64,000 bases of DNA from a virus (IMGVR_UViG_3300043409_001275:6129-70128), one strand, 5' to 3'. Counted from the stretch's first letter, positions 48,911 through 57,733 are shown. Notes: generated by a model from the sequence alone, not told the origin. Numbers and translations: made by a program.

Positions 48911-51711
48911 ATAGGTAGCTTATCTATAACCATTTGACCGGTAATTGATTTAGTACACTCAAATTGTCTATCAGTATCTTTATAGTCTTCACACCAATTC
49001 CAATCAGCAGGATTTAGTCGGTATCTATTAAAGCATCCACTACATTTCCCTTCGGGTGCAGATATCCTAATGCAATCTTCTACTTCAGCAAAAGGCTCTG
49101 AAAATCCACTTATAATAGCAGTAGGAACACCTAACGACCAAGATAACCAAGATAGACCACTTCCTATGCCTATAAATAGCTCCGATTTAAGCATTTCTTC
49201 CATAACTGACTCAATGCTACCATTGGGATGTAGAACTACGCCATTTGGGGCTATATTGCCCATATAATCTATTCCTTCTTTAGATAATAGTTTAACCACA
49301 TACCCTTTTCCTAGTAGATAATCCACAACTTCTTGCCATCCCGTAGGGTTATTCCAATACTTTGCTTGAGCAGTTGAATGAATGGCTATAACCACTTGCT
49401 TCACTTTTTCTACCTTTTTTACCTTTAATTTGGCTCTAATTTCCTTGTATTCCAAGCCTAATATGTTGGTGGCAGACTTCTGCATTGGTATTGTGTGCGG
49501 TACTTCAGGCTCTCTATCTTCATTATAAAACCATCCAACCCTATATAAACCATAGATGTTTTGAACTACTGTCCCCGGCTTTACAAATTCTAGTTCTGGA
49601 TAGTCAAAAATATCATTCCAAAATGTACTGCAAATCACCGTACAATTATGTTTCTTTTTAAATTCTAGGGCATACGGAACCCAAGCCAAAGTATCTCCCA
49701 ATGATTTACTTTCAAGCGTTATCAAGACCCTTTTACCTTCGTAGTTTAATGTGTTTTCATGGATTAATTTACCTTCATCCCATATCTTAAGTTTCCAATT
49801 GGTAAACCATTGTCTGTTTAATTTAACCCAATTATTGACATCAATGTGGTTATTATAGACGCATTTGCCATTGTCATCATAGTATTCAACATAAAATCTT
49901 TTATCTATAACTACCTTATCTCTTTGTTCATTATTGGTATAATCTATTCCTTCAACATCTACCTTGTTGTTTTTCTTTAGGTCTGACATTAAAAGTTCCT
50001 TGATATTGTAATCACTTTGTTTTAGGAAATTATAGAATTTAACTTCCAATATATTAAAGGATGTTCCGCTAGTATAATAGTCTTTTTTATCTTTAAATTT
50101 AGTCACAAAAGAATGTATAGCGTCTATTCTAGCTGAAAAGAAAGCAGAGCAATAAGAATTTTCCTCGTAGCTAGTGCTACCATACTTATAAACTACAAAA
50201 TCTTCCGTATCTAGTGCTTTAAGATTATCATTAATGGTGGCTTTTGAAAGCTCGTAATCATAGTTTATAATGTTTACTTTTTTATACCCTAGTTTTTTCG
50301 CATACTCAACGCCATTACGCATTAAAGTATAAACACAATACCCATGCTCTTTTTCAAATAGCTCATATATTTTTTCCCCTTTTTCATTTGTATGGAAATG
50401 GTAAAAAGCTACACCATACTTATCAAATTCATCCTTATAAAGCAATGGGTTTTCTTTTGTATAAATAACATAATCACATAATGATTGAGCATCTTCTTCT
50501 ACAGGATAGTTTACAGATAGGATAATATTAGTGTTCAATCTGTTTAAACAATTCTTTAATAGCTGTTTTCTAAAGTCATTATTAGGATGTGCAAGTACTA
50601 TGGACACTGCATCTTTATCCCTTTTATCAAATGGGTTGACGCCTTTAATCTCTAAAAAAGGTTGGTCAACAAAATGTTGAATTATAATAGGCTTTTGCTC
50701 TTTTAAGGGCAATTCTAATAGCTTTTTATAGGCTTCTTCATGTCTTAATCCAAAGGTCAATGAGGTATTATCAGTAGGTACTTTGTAATTACATTCTAAA
50801 TTATTTAAATCAGTATCAATAGGATTAATATAATCATCATACATTCCCGCATATTGAGGTAGATTACGAGCAACAATAGGAAGTCCATTAGCAATAGCTT
50901 CACGCAATACCAATGGATTAAGCTCCCAAGTAGAATTGAACATAAAGATATCAGCCGCCATCATGAATAAAGATATATCGCTTCTTTCTCCCCATACCTT
51001 TACATTTTTAGGCAAATCATTCATTAATGGTCGCCAATAATCCTCAAAATTACCCGCTTGATTACCAATAAAATGGAACATCATATCAGGATACTTACGA
51101 GCAATCTCAATGCCTTCTTTTTGATTCTTGCCCGGAGTCCATAAGCCTACATTAATAACATGTTTCTTATTCCCTTCAAACCCTAATTCAGCTCTTGATA
51201 CCCATCTGTTAGTAGTAAATTGTATATCAATTGGATAAGGTATAGTTACAAATTTAGCATCTAATCCTGCAAAAATATTCTCATGCCAAGGGGTGCAGAA
51301 AGCGTACATATCAGGATGAAAGCGTTTCTCTTCATGTGGTTTAAAGTTGGAATTATGGCAGGTTTCAACGATTCTCCACTTTCTATCATTACGATACAAA
51401 TCAGTGAAAAGCCTATCATTATTCGTTGACTCTGGCATTTCATCTAGGTGGACAATATCTATCTCTTCAGTCCTCACTATTTCCATCACCCTCATCTTAT
51501 TCTCACCAAGGCTAAAGAAATTATCCCCCACTAACTTCATTATTTGATTTCTTTGTACGGGGAAAATCTTGCCATAATCATCATATTCAGCAACAAATAT
51601 CTCAAACGAATCAGTATAATCTAGTAATGTTTGAATGCGTTTTAACACAAATTGAGGCATCCCCCCCGTTGAAATGTGGCTCATCAAGTAGAGCAGTTTA
51701 ATCTTTTTCAT
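48907..51711 (-). CDS. Multidomain glycosyltransferase: GT4, inserted GT-A-like domain, and Aah/TibC-type protein O-heptosyltransferase domain
   Basis: GT4 motifs STGGMPQF, VGLWTPGKNQ, ELNPLVLREA; Aah-like SLGDTLAW, STAQAKYWNNPTGW, FIGIGSGLSWLSW, CSGC...WNWC...RQFECTKSIT. Confidence 0.85.
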   Translation of the reverse strand: MKKIKLLYLMSHISTGGMPQFVLKRIQTLLDYTDSFEIFVAEYDDYGKIFPVQRNQIMKLVGDNFFSLGENKMRVMEIVRTEEIDIVHLDEMPESTNNDRLFTDLYRNDRKWRIVETCHNSNFKPHEEKRFHPDMYAFCTPWHENIFAGLDAKFVTIPYPIDIQFTTNRWVSRAELGFEGNKKHVINVGLWTPGKNQKEGIEIARKYPDMMFHFIGNQAGNFEDYWRPLMNDLPKNVKVWGERSDISLFMMAADIFMFNSTWELNPLVLREAIANGLPIVARNLPQYAGMYDDYINPIDTDLNNLECNYKVPTDNTSLTFGLRHEEAYKKLLELPLKEQKPIIIQHFVDQPFLEIKGVNPFDKRDKDAVSIVLAHPNNDFRKQLLKNCLNRLNTNIILSVNYPVEEDAQSLCDYVIYTKENPLLYKDEFDKYGVAFYHFHTNEKGEKIYELFEKEHGYCVYTLMRNGVEYAKKLGYKKVNIINYDYELSKATINDNLKALDTEDFVVYKYGSTSYEENSYCSAFFSARIDAIHSFVTKFKDKKDYYTSGTSFNILEVKFYNFLKQSDYNIKELLMSDLKKNNKVDVEGIDYTNNEQRDKVVIDKRFYVEYYDDNGKCVYNNHIDVNNWVKLNRQWFTNWKLKIWDEGKLIHENTLNYEGKRVLITLESKSLGDTLAWVPYALEFKKKHNCTVICSTFWNDIFDYPELEFVKPGTVVQNIYGLYRVGWFYNEDREPEVPHTIPMQKSATNILGLEYKEIRAKLKVKKVEKVKQVVIAIHSTAQAKYWNNPTGWQEVVDYLLGKGYVVKLLSKEGIDYMGNIAPNGVVLHPNGSIESVMEEMLKSELFIGIGSGLSWLSWSLGVPTAIISGFSEPFAEVEDCIRISAPEGKCSGCFNRYRLNPADWNWCEDYKDTDRQFECTKSITGQMVIDKLPI

Positions 51712-51713
51712 TA

Positions 51714-51959
51714 TTATAGGTTTTCTATTTCTTGTTTTACTTCAGCCCAATAGTCTTTCATTCCATATTTTGCACCACTATATTTTTCAATATTTCTTAT
51801 TGATGCATCATATATTGAATTAAAACTTTCAATTAATTCATTTACTGCTATCAATGCACATCTTTTAGCATAAACTATGTATATATCATAATCTAATGCA
51901 AAATCTAATTCATTTCTATATTTAATAAATAATTCCTGTGCTTTTTCTTTTGGTGTCAT
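51714..51959 (-). CDS. Hypothetical phage protein (MTPKEKA...YWAEVKQEI type)
   Basis: Recurrent small-protein pattern in Bacteroidota phages. Confidence 0.65.
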   Translation of the reverse strand: MTPKEKAQELFIKYRNELDFALDYDIYIVYAKRCALIAVNELIESFNSIYDASIRNIEKYSGAKYGMKDYWAEVKQEIENL

Positions 51960-51981
51960 AGGTTATTTGTTTTGTTTAAGG

Positions 51982-52025
51982 CAAAGATATTAATTTAATT
52001 TAATTAAATAAATTATTTATCTTTG
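51982..52025. promoter_or_regulatory. Divergent pair of identical Bacteroidota -7 elements
   Basis: CAAAGATA at 51982-51989 (TATCTTTG on the - strand) and TATCTTTG at 52018-52025 on the + strand. Confidence 0.65.
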
Positions 52026-52029
52026 TTTC

Positions 52030-52254
52030 ATGAATAAAGTAAAAGAAATATTGCTATCCTATATGACTGCAATGAACCCAACAGAAGAGCAGAAGGAAGT
52101 AGCTGAAAAAAGACTTGAGATATGTGCTACTTGTGAGTTTTGGAAGCAATCACTTGTTAGGGATTTTTGTAGTAAATGTGGGTGTACGACTTCAAAAAAG
52201 GTGTTTAGCCCTGTTGGTAGTGACGCTTGTCCGGAAAAAAAGTGGACAATATAG
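52030..52254 (+). CDS. Small Cys-rich, probably Zn-binding protein
   Basis: RLEICATC...CSKCGC...CPEKKW. Confidence 0.7.
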   Translation: MNKVKEILLSYMTAMNPTEEQKEVAEKRLEICATCEFWKQSLVRDFCSKCGCTTSKKVFSPVGSDACPEKKWTI

Positions 52255-52276
52255 GTAAATATAATTAAATAATATT

Positions 52277-52290
52277 TATATTTGGTTAAA
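52277..52290 (+). promoter_or_regulatory. -7 promoter element before the lysis cassette
   Basis: TATATTTG followed by GTTAAA. Confidence 0.5.
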
Positions 52291-52297
52291 AATTGAC

Positions 52298-52483
52298 ATG
52301 ACTCAACATAATTTAGCGGACGCATCGGCATCTATAAGCATACTATCGGCAGTCGTTACTATCAGTTCCATTCAGCCATTTGTAAGCTTAACTGCTGGAT
52401 TAGTTGCTATTGGGTCAGGTTTATTTGCAATGAGGTATTATTATTGGAAAACCAAACACATCAAAAAAGATGGCAACAGCTAA
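52298..52483 (+). CDS. Putative holin
   Basis: 61 aa, hydrophobic segments and a basic C-terminus. Confidence 0.55.
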   Translation: MTQHNLADASASISILSAVVTISSIQPFVSLTAGLVAIGSGLFAMRYYYWKTKHIKKDGNS

Positions 52484-53027
52484 AAACATTTTAATACTTT
52501 TATTAGTATTAGTTTTAGGTTTTTTTGTACTAGGTGATTCCACTTACATAAAAGACGACCACATAATAACGAGGGTAGATACCTTAATAAAGGACACTAC
52601 AATATACAAATATAAGAAAGGGAAGGACATCCCTTTTGTCGTTTTAGACACATTATTTTTAGTTGATTCTATAAAAATACACGACACAGCATACATAGTT
52701 AAAGATTATAGGGAAGTAAAGCAATATACGGATACTTTACGGATAGATACGGCTCAATACGTATATATTCACGATACAATATCTCAAAACAGAATTTTAG
52801 GCAGAGGTTATGGCGGACATTTTGTACAAAAAACAATCACAATAAAGAACGATATTTACCACAAGCCTAAAAATGAATTATTCTTGGGGTTAATAGGCGA
52901 TTACAGAAGGTTTGACCAAAAACTAGGAGTCGGAGTGGGTGTTATTTATAAGAAGCAAAAAGAGGGATATACATTTAATTATACAACCAATCACATAAGC
53001 GTAGGCTTATATAAAAAATTATTTTAA
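52470..53027 (+). CDS. Membrane-anchored lysis-cassette protein (spanin-like)
   Basis: N-terminal TM segment, DT-rich stalk, C-terminal amphipathic beta-strands ending in F. Confidence 0.5.
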   Translation: MATAKNILILLLVLVLGFFVLGDSTYIKDDHIITRVDTLIKDTTIYKYKKGKDIPFVVLDTLFLVDSIKIHDTAYIVKDYREVKQYTDTLRIDTAQYVYIHDTISQNRILGRGYGGHFVQKTITIKNDIYHKPKNELFLGLIGDYRRFDQKLGVGVGVIYKKQKEGYTFNYTTNHISVGLYKKLF

Positions 53028-53029
53028 AT

Positions 53030-53296
53030 ATGATACCAATTAAATTTAAAGAGTTTGCATCCAACCCTGTCGTGGGTACTTTGTTTGTGGTTTTAGTAGC
53101 CATTGGCTATTTATATGTTGATGTGCGTTCTACCTTTCAAGGTCAGGCTAAAAATCAAGATGTAAAGATTGAGAAACTAGAAACTAGGCTGGATGTGGTT
53201 ACAAATGCTTTACGCAGATGTGATTCAAGTTTAGCAGCAGCAAGTACAAAACTTTCTACTTTGGAGCAATTAGGTAAAATTCAAAAGATTAACTAA
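53030..53296 (+). CDS. TM plus coiled-coil protein (i-spanin/holin-like)
   Basis: One TM segment followed by a coiled coil. Confidence 0.5.
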   Translation: MIPIKFKEFASNPVVGTLFVVLVAIGYLYVDVRSTFQGQAKNQDVKIEKLETRLDVVTNALRRCDSSLAAASTKLSTLEQLGKIQKIN

Positions 53297-53625
53297 TGAA
53301 ATATTTATTTATTTTATTTTTATTTGGTTGCGGGGTATCTGCTCAAAAGGTTGACAAGGATATTGAATTTGAGGAATTAATGAAGCAAGTAGATGCAACC
53401 AATGTAAAATCTGCAACAGTTCTAGCAAAGGCAACTAAAAAGGAAAAACAATTAGTTACAAATGCAGTTGCAACCATTACCCAAATGAAAAGCGAAATTA
53501 GTCAATTAAAAAATGAAATAAGTATTGTGAAAATAGATACTATTTATGTTTACATTCATGATACTATCCAAATTAAAGAGAAAAAGAATTTTTGGGGTAA
53601 AGTCAAAACCGATACAACTAATTAA
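53296..53625 (+). CDS. Secreted protein or lipoprotein with coiled coil (o-spanin-like)
   Basis: MKYLFILFLFGC lipobox-like signal. Confidence 0.5.
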   Translation: MKYLFILFLFGCGVSAQKVDKDIEFEELMKQVDATNVKSATVLAKATKKEKQLVTNAVATITQMKSEISQLKNEISIVKIDTIYVYIHDTIQIKEKKNFWGKVKTDTTN

Positions 53626-53626
53626 T

Positions 53627-53851
53627 ATGAAACAATTTTTCACCGAAGATAACGGAAGGTTATCAATGAAGCGTTTATGTGGTTTATTGTGCGTTGTAGC
53701 GTTATGCATTACAATGTACCACAATTCATTTAGCGAATTAAATAAAGCTCCTAGCGAGGCATTAGTGTACGCAGTTGCAACTTTAGCTTTTGGATGTCTT
53801 GGATTAACTACAGCAGAAAAGATATTTAAAAAAGAAGAACCAAAATCATAA
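53627..53851 (+). CDS. Two-TM holin-like protein (start corrected)
   Basis: MKQFFTEDNGRLSMKRL, two TM segments; directly precedes the endolysin. Confidence 0.6.
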   Translation: MKQFFTEDNGRLSMKRLCGLLCVVALCITMYHNSFSELNKAPSEALVYAVATLAFGCLGLTTAEKIFKKEEPKS

Positions 53852-53854
53852 TAT

Positions 53855-54319
53855 ATGAAAATTTCAGAACATTTAGATTTATCAGAAGTAATCCGTAGCG
53901 AAACTGCAAAGCGTCATGGCATTTCAAATATGCCAACAGAAGAACACATAGCTAACTTTAAATTGTTAGCAGAAAATGTATTTGAAAAAGTAAGGAATCA
54001 TTTCCGTTGTCCTATTCATATTAGTTCTGGATACAGGAGCAAAGAGCTTAATGCTTGTACGCCGGGGGCTTCTAAAACATCAGACCATTGTCTTGGTCGT
54101 GCGCTTGACCTAGACCAACAAGGGCATAGTCATGGCATAACCAACAAAGAAGTGTTTGATTATATTAAAGATAATTTAAATTTCAAGCAATTAATCTGGG
54201 AAGGTGGTACAGAACAAGAGCCGGATTGGGTTCATGTAAGTTACGATGAAAGTAATCTCAAAAAAGAAGTTTTAAGGGCTGTAAAAGTTAATGGTAAAAT
54301 GACATATTCAAAATATTAA
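53855..54319 (+). CDS. Endolysin, peptidase M15A family
   Basis: ISSGYRS, SDHCLGRALD (H-x6-D) and WVHVS motifs. Confidence 0.9.
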   Translation: MKISEHLDLSEVIRSETAKRHGISNMPTEEHIANFKLLAENVFEKVRNHFRCPIHISSGYRSKELNACTPGASKTSDHCLGRALDLDQQGHSHGITNKEVFDYIKDNLNFKQLIWEGGTEQEPDWVHVSYDESNLKKEVLRAVKVNGKMTYSKY

Positions 54320-54990
54320 TGGCATATTTATACAGACATATTAGGTTAGATAAAAATGAACCATTTTATATTGGTATTGGGAGTGATTCTAATTACAATA
54401 GAGCGTATGAAATAAAAAAAGATAGAAGGAATATTGTTTGGTCTAGAATAGCATCAAAGTCTGAAATAGAAGTAGAGATAATGCTGGATGGGTTAAGTTG
54501 GGATAATGCTTGTGAAAAAGAGATTGAGTTCATTAAGTTATATGGAAGAATAGACAATAGCAATGGGATATTATCCAATTTAACTGATGGTGGCGATGGT
54601 ACTCTTGGATTAATTGTTAGTGAAAAAACAAGAAAAGAGAACAGTGAAAGATTTAGTGGGAAAGGTAATCCTATGTATAATAAATCTCATTCTAAAGAAT
54701 TAATAGAGCAAATAAGATTAAAAAATATGGGGAAGGTTGCTTGGAATAAAGGCTTAAAAACAGGTGCGAATATAAAATTATCAAAAGCTAAAAAAGGTTG
54801 CATTGCTTGGAATAAAGGCTTAAAAAATGTTAATGGGGTATCATTATCTAAACTTGTTTTAAATCTTCAAAACGGAGTTTATTATCAATCTTGCAAAGAA
54901 GCATCTTTTGTATATGGGTACAAGCATAGTACATTAAAGTCGATGCTAAATGGAACTAATAAAAATAAAACCTCATTGACTTACATTTAA
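54319..54990 (+). mobile_element. GIY-YIG-like homing endonuclease with NUMOD3-type and C-terminal HTH modules
   Basis: YLYRH...FYIGIG...R, E..FIK.YGR, NLTDGGDG, GNPMY and two AWNKG motifs. Confidence 0.75.
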
Positions 54991-54999
54991 ATAACCCTT

Positions 55000-56007
55000 A
55001 TGGCTTCACAAAATGGCAACACAAAAATAGCAAGAGAATATAGAACAAAATATCCCGATTATCCTACTAAAAAGCTAGCAAGGATAATGTACGCTGAAAA
55101 TAATTTGTCATTTAGAGATGAAGAAGGTGCAAGAACTTGTTTAAGATATGTTGAAGGCAAACAAGGGGCGGAGTACAAAAAATATGCAGTAAGCGTTTCG
55201 CCCAATCTTGTTAAGGATGAAGCCCGACCTAGAAATCCATATAATTTACCGACATCAGATGAAACTGCTTTTGAACCATACATATTCAAAGGGCATAAAA
55301 AAATTCTAATATTATCTGATATCCATGTCCCCTACCATAGCATAGATGCAATTACGGCTGCCATCCAATATGCAAAGAAAACCAAGCCCGATGCGTTACT
55401 ATTGAATGGCGATACTATTGACTGCCATCGTTTAAGCAGATTTATTAAAGACCCAAAGAAAAGAAACTTTAAGCTAGAACTAGATACATTCAAAGCATTG
55501 TTTGATGTCTTTGAAAAGGAGCTAAAGTGTAAAATATATTTTAAGATAGGAAACCACGAGGAGAGATACGAGCATTTCCTTTACGAGAAAGCCGGTGAAT
55601 TAGTAGGTATTGAGGAGTTTGAATTTGAGAATATCATTAAGGCAAGAGCCAGAGGGATAGAAATGATAGGGGACAAGCGTCCTATGAAATTAAATAATCT
55701 GTGGGGGATTCATGGGCATGAATATGTAGGTGGAATATCAGCACCTGTAAATCCTGCTAGGGGATTATTCTTAAAAGCAAAGGTTAGCACATTCCAAGGA
55801 CATAACCACCAGACATCAGAACATACAGAACCTACCCTTACCGGCAAGATGGTAACCACTTGGTCATTGGGTTGCCTTTCTGAATTGCACCCCGCCTATA
55901 TGCCCCTAAATAAGTGGAATCATGGGTTTGCAGAGGTAGACCTTGACTCGAACGGGGAGGACTTTGAATTTAATAACAAAAGAATATTCAAAGGTAAAAT
56001 TGTATAA
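55000..56007 (+). CDS. Calcineurin-like metallophosphoesterase
   Basis: SDIH, NGDTID, GNHE, HGH and GHNH motifs. Confidence 0.9.
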   Translation: MASQNGNTKIAREYRTKYPDYPTKKLARIMYAENNLSFRDEEGARTCLRYVEGKQGAEYKKYAVSVSPNLVKDEARPRNPYNLPTSDETAFEPYIFKGHKKILILSDIHVPYHSIDAITAAIQYAKKTKPDALLLNGDTIDCHRLSRFIKDPKKRNFKLELDTFKALFDVFEKELKCKIYFKIGNHEERYEHFLYEKAGELVGIEEFEFENIIKARARGIEMIGDKRPMKLNNLWGIHGHEYVGGISAPVNPARGLFLKAKVSTFQGHNHQTSEHTEPTLTGKMVTTWSLGCLSELHPAYMPLNKWNHGFAEVDLDSNGEDFEFNNKRIFKGKIV

Positions 56008-56009
56008 CC

Positions 56010-56432
56010 ATGAAAACCATAAAGGTATTCAGTAGAGGCAAAGTGCTAAAGCCTAATCTTTACGAGCAAGTAATAGAATTGGATTATAAGGTATTTAATG
56101 GATGCAATGATGAGTTTAAATTAAACAGGGACTGGTGGGTAATAGTTTCGGGGAATCAAATTATAGCTTATTGTGGATGCGGGTTTACTGAAGGGCTTTG
56201 TATATTTGTAAGGGCGTGGGTACATAAAGATTATCGCGGACAAGGATTGCAAAAGAAAATGATTAAATTAAGGATTAAGTCAGCCTATGATTGTCATATG
56301 GCTATAACCTATACAAGTATTGATAATTACCCAAGCGTAAATAGTCTAATATCACAAGGGTTTAAGTTCTATTCTCCCGAATATGCTTATGGCGGTAGAG
56401 AAATGCTTTACTTTCAAAAGGAATTAAAGTAA
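56010..56432 (+). CDS. GNAT acetyltransferase
   Basis: VHKDYRGQGLQ motif A; NYPS.NSL...GF. Confidence 0.85.
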   Translation: MKTIKVFSRGKVLKPNLYEQVIELDYKVFNGCNDEFKLNRDWWVIVSGNQIIAYCGCGFTEGLCIFVRAWVHKDYRGQGLQKKMIKLRIKSAYDCHMAITYTSIDNYPSVNSLISQGFKFYSPEYAYGGREMLYFQKELK

Positions 56433-56457
56433 AACGCCCCTTAAAAAAGAGGCGTTT
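56432..56457. terminator. Possible bidirectional terminator at the convergence of the late and early arms
   Basis: AAACGCC..CTT-AAAA-AAG.GGCGTTT hairpin. Confidence 0.55.
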
Positions 56458-56635
56458 CGGGTTTAATAATTAGTTCATAACAATCTATTCCATTAGGTTT
56501 TATTTCAACCATCCATATTTTATAAATTCTTTTTCTGTCGTGAACATTAGGATAAGTGTACTCTCTTATTAAATTATCATTTTTGAATAATTGCATTTTC
56601 CCTTTTCCCTTGTACCACTTTTTCTCTTCTTTCAT
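56441..56635 (-). CDS. Hypothetical protein
   Basis: ORF in the tightly packed - strand array. Confidence 0.5.
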   Translation of the reverse strand: MKEEKKWYKGKGKMQLFKNDNLIREYTYPNVHDRKRIYKIWMVEIKPNGIDCYELIIKPETPLF

Positions 56636-56748
56636 TCTCTTCTTTCAGTTTTTTTATTTCTAATGTTAATTCTTTAATTCGCTCCCTAAAAGTTTCATTT
56701 TCTATGGACAATAACATTGTTTGTTTTAATTCGTAGTTATTTTTCATA

Positions 56749-56967
56749 TTATATAATTTCTAAAAAAGCTCTTTTATTGACAAATGTTTCTATGATTTCA
56801 CATTCTATATCGTGCATATCTTTTTCATCAGTATTATCCTTCATAAGTCTAAATCTAAATAATCCTATAAGTACTTCACAGCAATCAAGCTGTTCGTTAT
56901 TAGTACATGAATTAATGCAATTAATTATCCACTCTACATTTCTTTGATTGTAATTTTCTTTATTCAT
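56749..56967 (-). CDS. Hypothetical protein
   Basis: ORF with A-rich start context. Confidence 0.55.
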   Translation of the reverse strand: MNKENYNQRNVEWIINCINSCTNNEQLDCCEVLIGLFRFRLMKDNTDEKDMHDIECEIIETFVNKRAFLEII

Positions 56968-56984
56968 TTTGTTTATATTTTAAA

Positions 56985-57188
56985 TTAAAAATTCGCCAAC
57001 ACGGTTATAACATGGATTTTCCCTACTCTATTGTATTTTACTACTTCTGGCAATGGCATCCCGTTTTTAATCCTGTATTTTATAGCTTGTTGTGTTATTT
57101 GTTGATTAGGAAATTTCCTATTAGCCCTAAAGTGAGAAGGGTTTATTTTTTGAGAATATTCCATTAAACTAATTTGTTTAGTTTTCAT
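56985..57188 (-). CDS. Hypothetical protein, possible HTH/excisionase-like DNA binder
   Basis: ISLMEYS...ITQQAIKYRIKNG..LP pattern. Confidence 0.45.
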   Translation of the reverse strand: MKTKQISLMEYSQKINPSHFRANRKFPNQQITQQAIKYRIKNGMPLPEVVKYNRVGKIHVITVLANF

Positions 57189-57374
57189 TTATTTTTCTAT
57201 TGTTTTAATGGTTTCCTTTATTGTCCCCGTAGGGTTATCTTTTAATAAATCAAAAAATCCTTCAGCTTGTTTTAAATTTTCAGTAGCAGTATTGCTTACA
57301 TATTTGCCATCCATTTCAACGGAATATAAAATTGTTCCGTTTATTTTTGTTTCTTTTACTAATTCTAATTTCAT
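57189..57374 (-). CDS. Hypothetical protein
   Basis: ORF abutting its neighbour. Confidence 0.55.
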   Translation of the reverse strand: MKLELVKETKINGTILYSVEMDGKYVSNTATENLKQAEGFFDLLKDNPTGTIKETIKTIEK

Positions 57375-57393
57375 TTTTTTTGGTTTTTGTTTT

Positions 57394-57733
57394 TTAAAAT
57401 TTATTAATTTGTTCTTGTTCTATTTGGTTTTCGGTTTGCCTATCTTTTTCTAATTCTTCTTTATCTTCAATTTGGTGTTTGAGTTTATATGTTTGATTAA
57501 AATAATCCTCGCCACCTTCGTATTCAAAAATATTCCCATCTCTATCCCTATTCCAAACATTCATTTCGCCATTATTAAATGCATCTCTAATTTCCCTTTG
57601 TTCATCAATAAGGACTTCTTTGGCTAATCTTTGTGCTTCCTTTAATCCGTAAAATTTAATGCCACCAAGTGATGTTTTCTTAATCTCTTTTTCTAATGTT
57701 TCAATTAGATTTGTTAGTGTTGTTTTTTTTCAT
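57394..57733 (-). pseudogene. 112-aa gene frameshifted by one extra A in an A8 run right after the ATG
   Basis: Span is 340 nt (3n+1); deleting one A gives MKKTTLTNLIETLEKE...EQREIRDAF...GEDYFNQTY...INKF. Confidence 0.7.
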
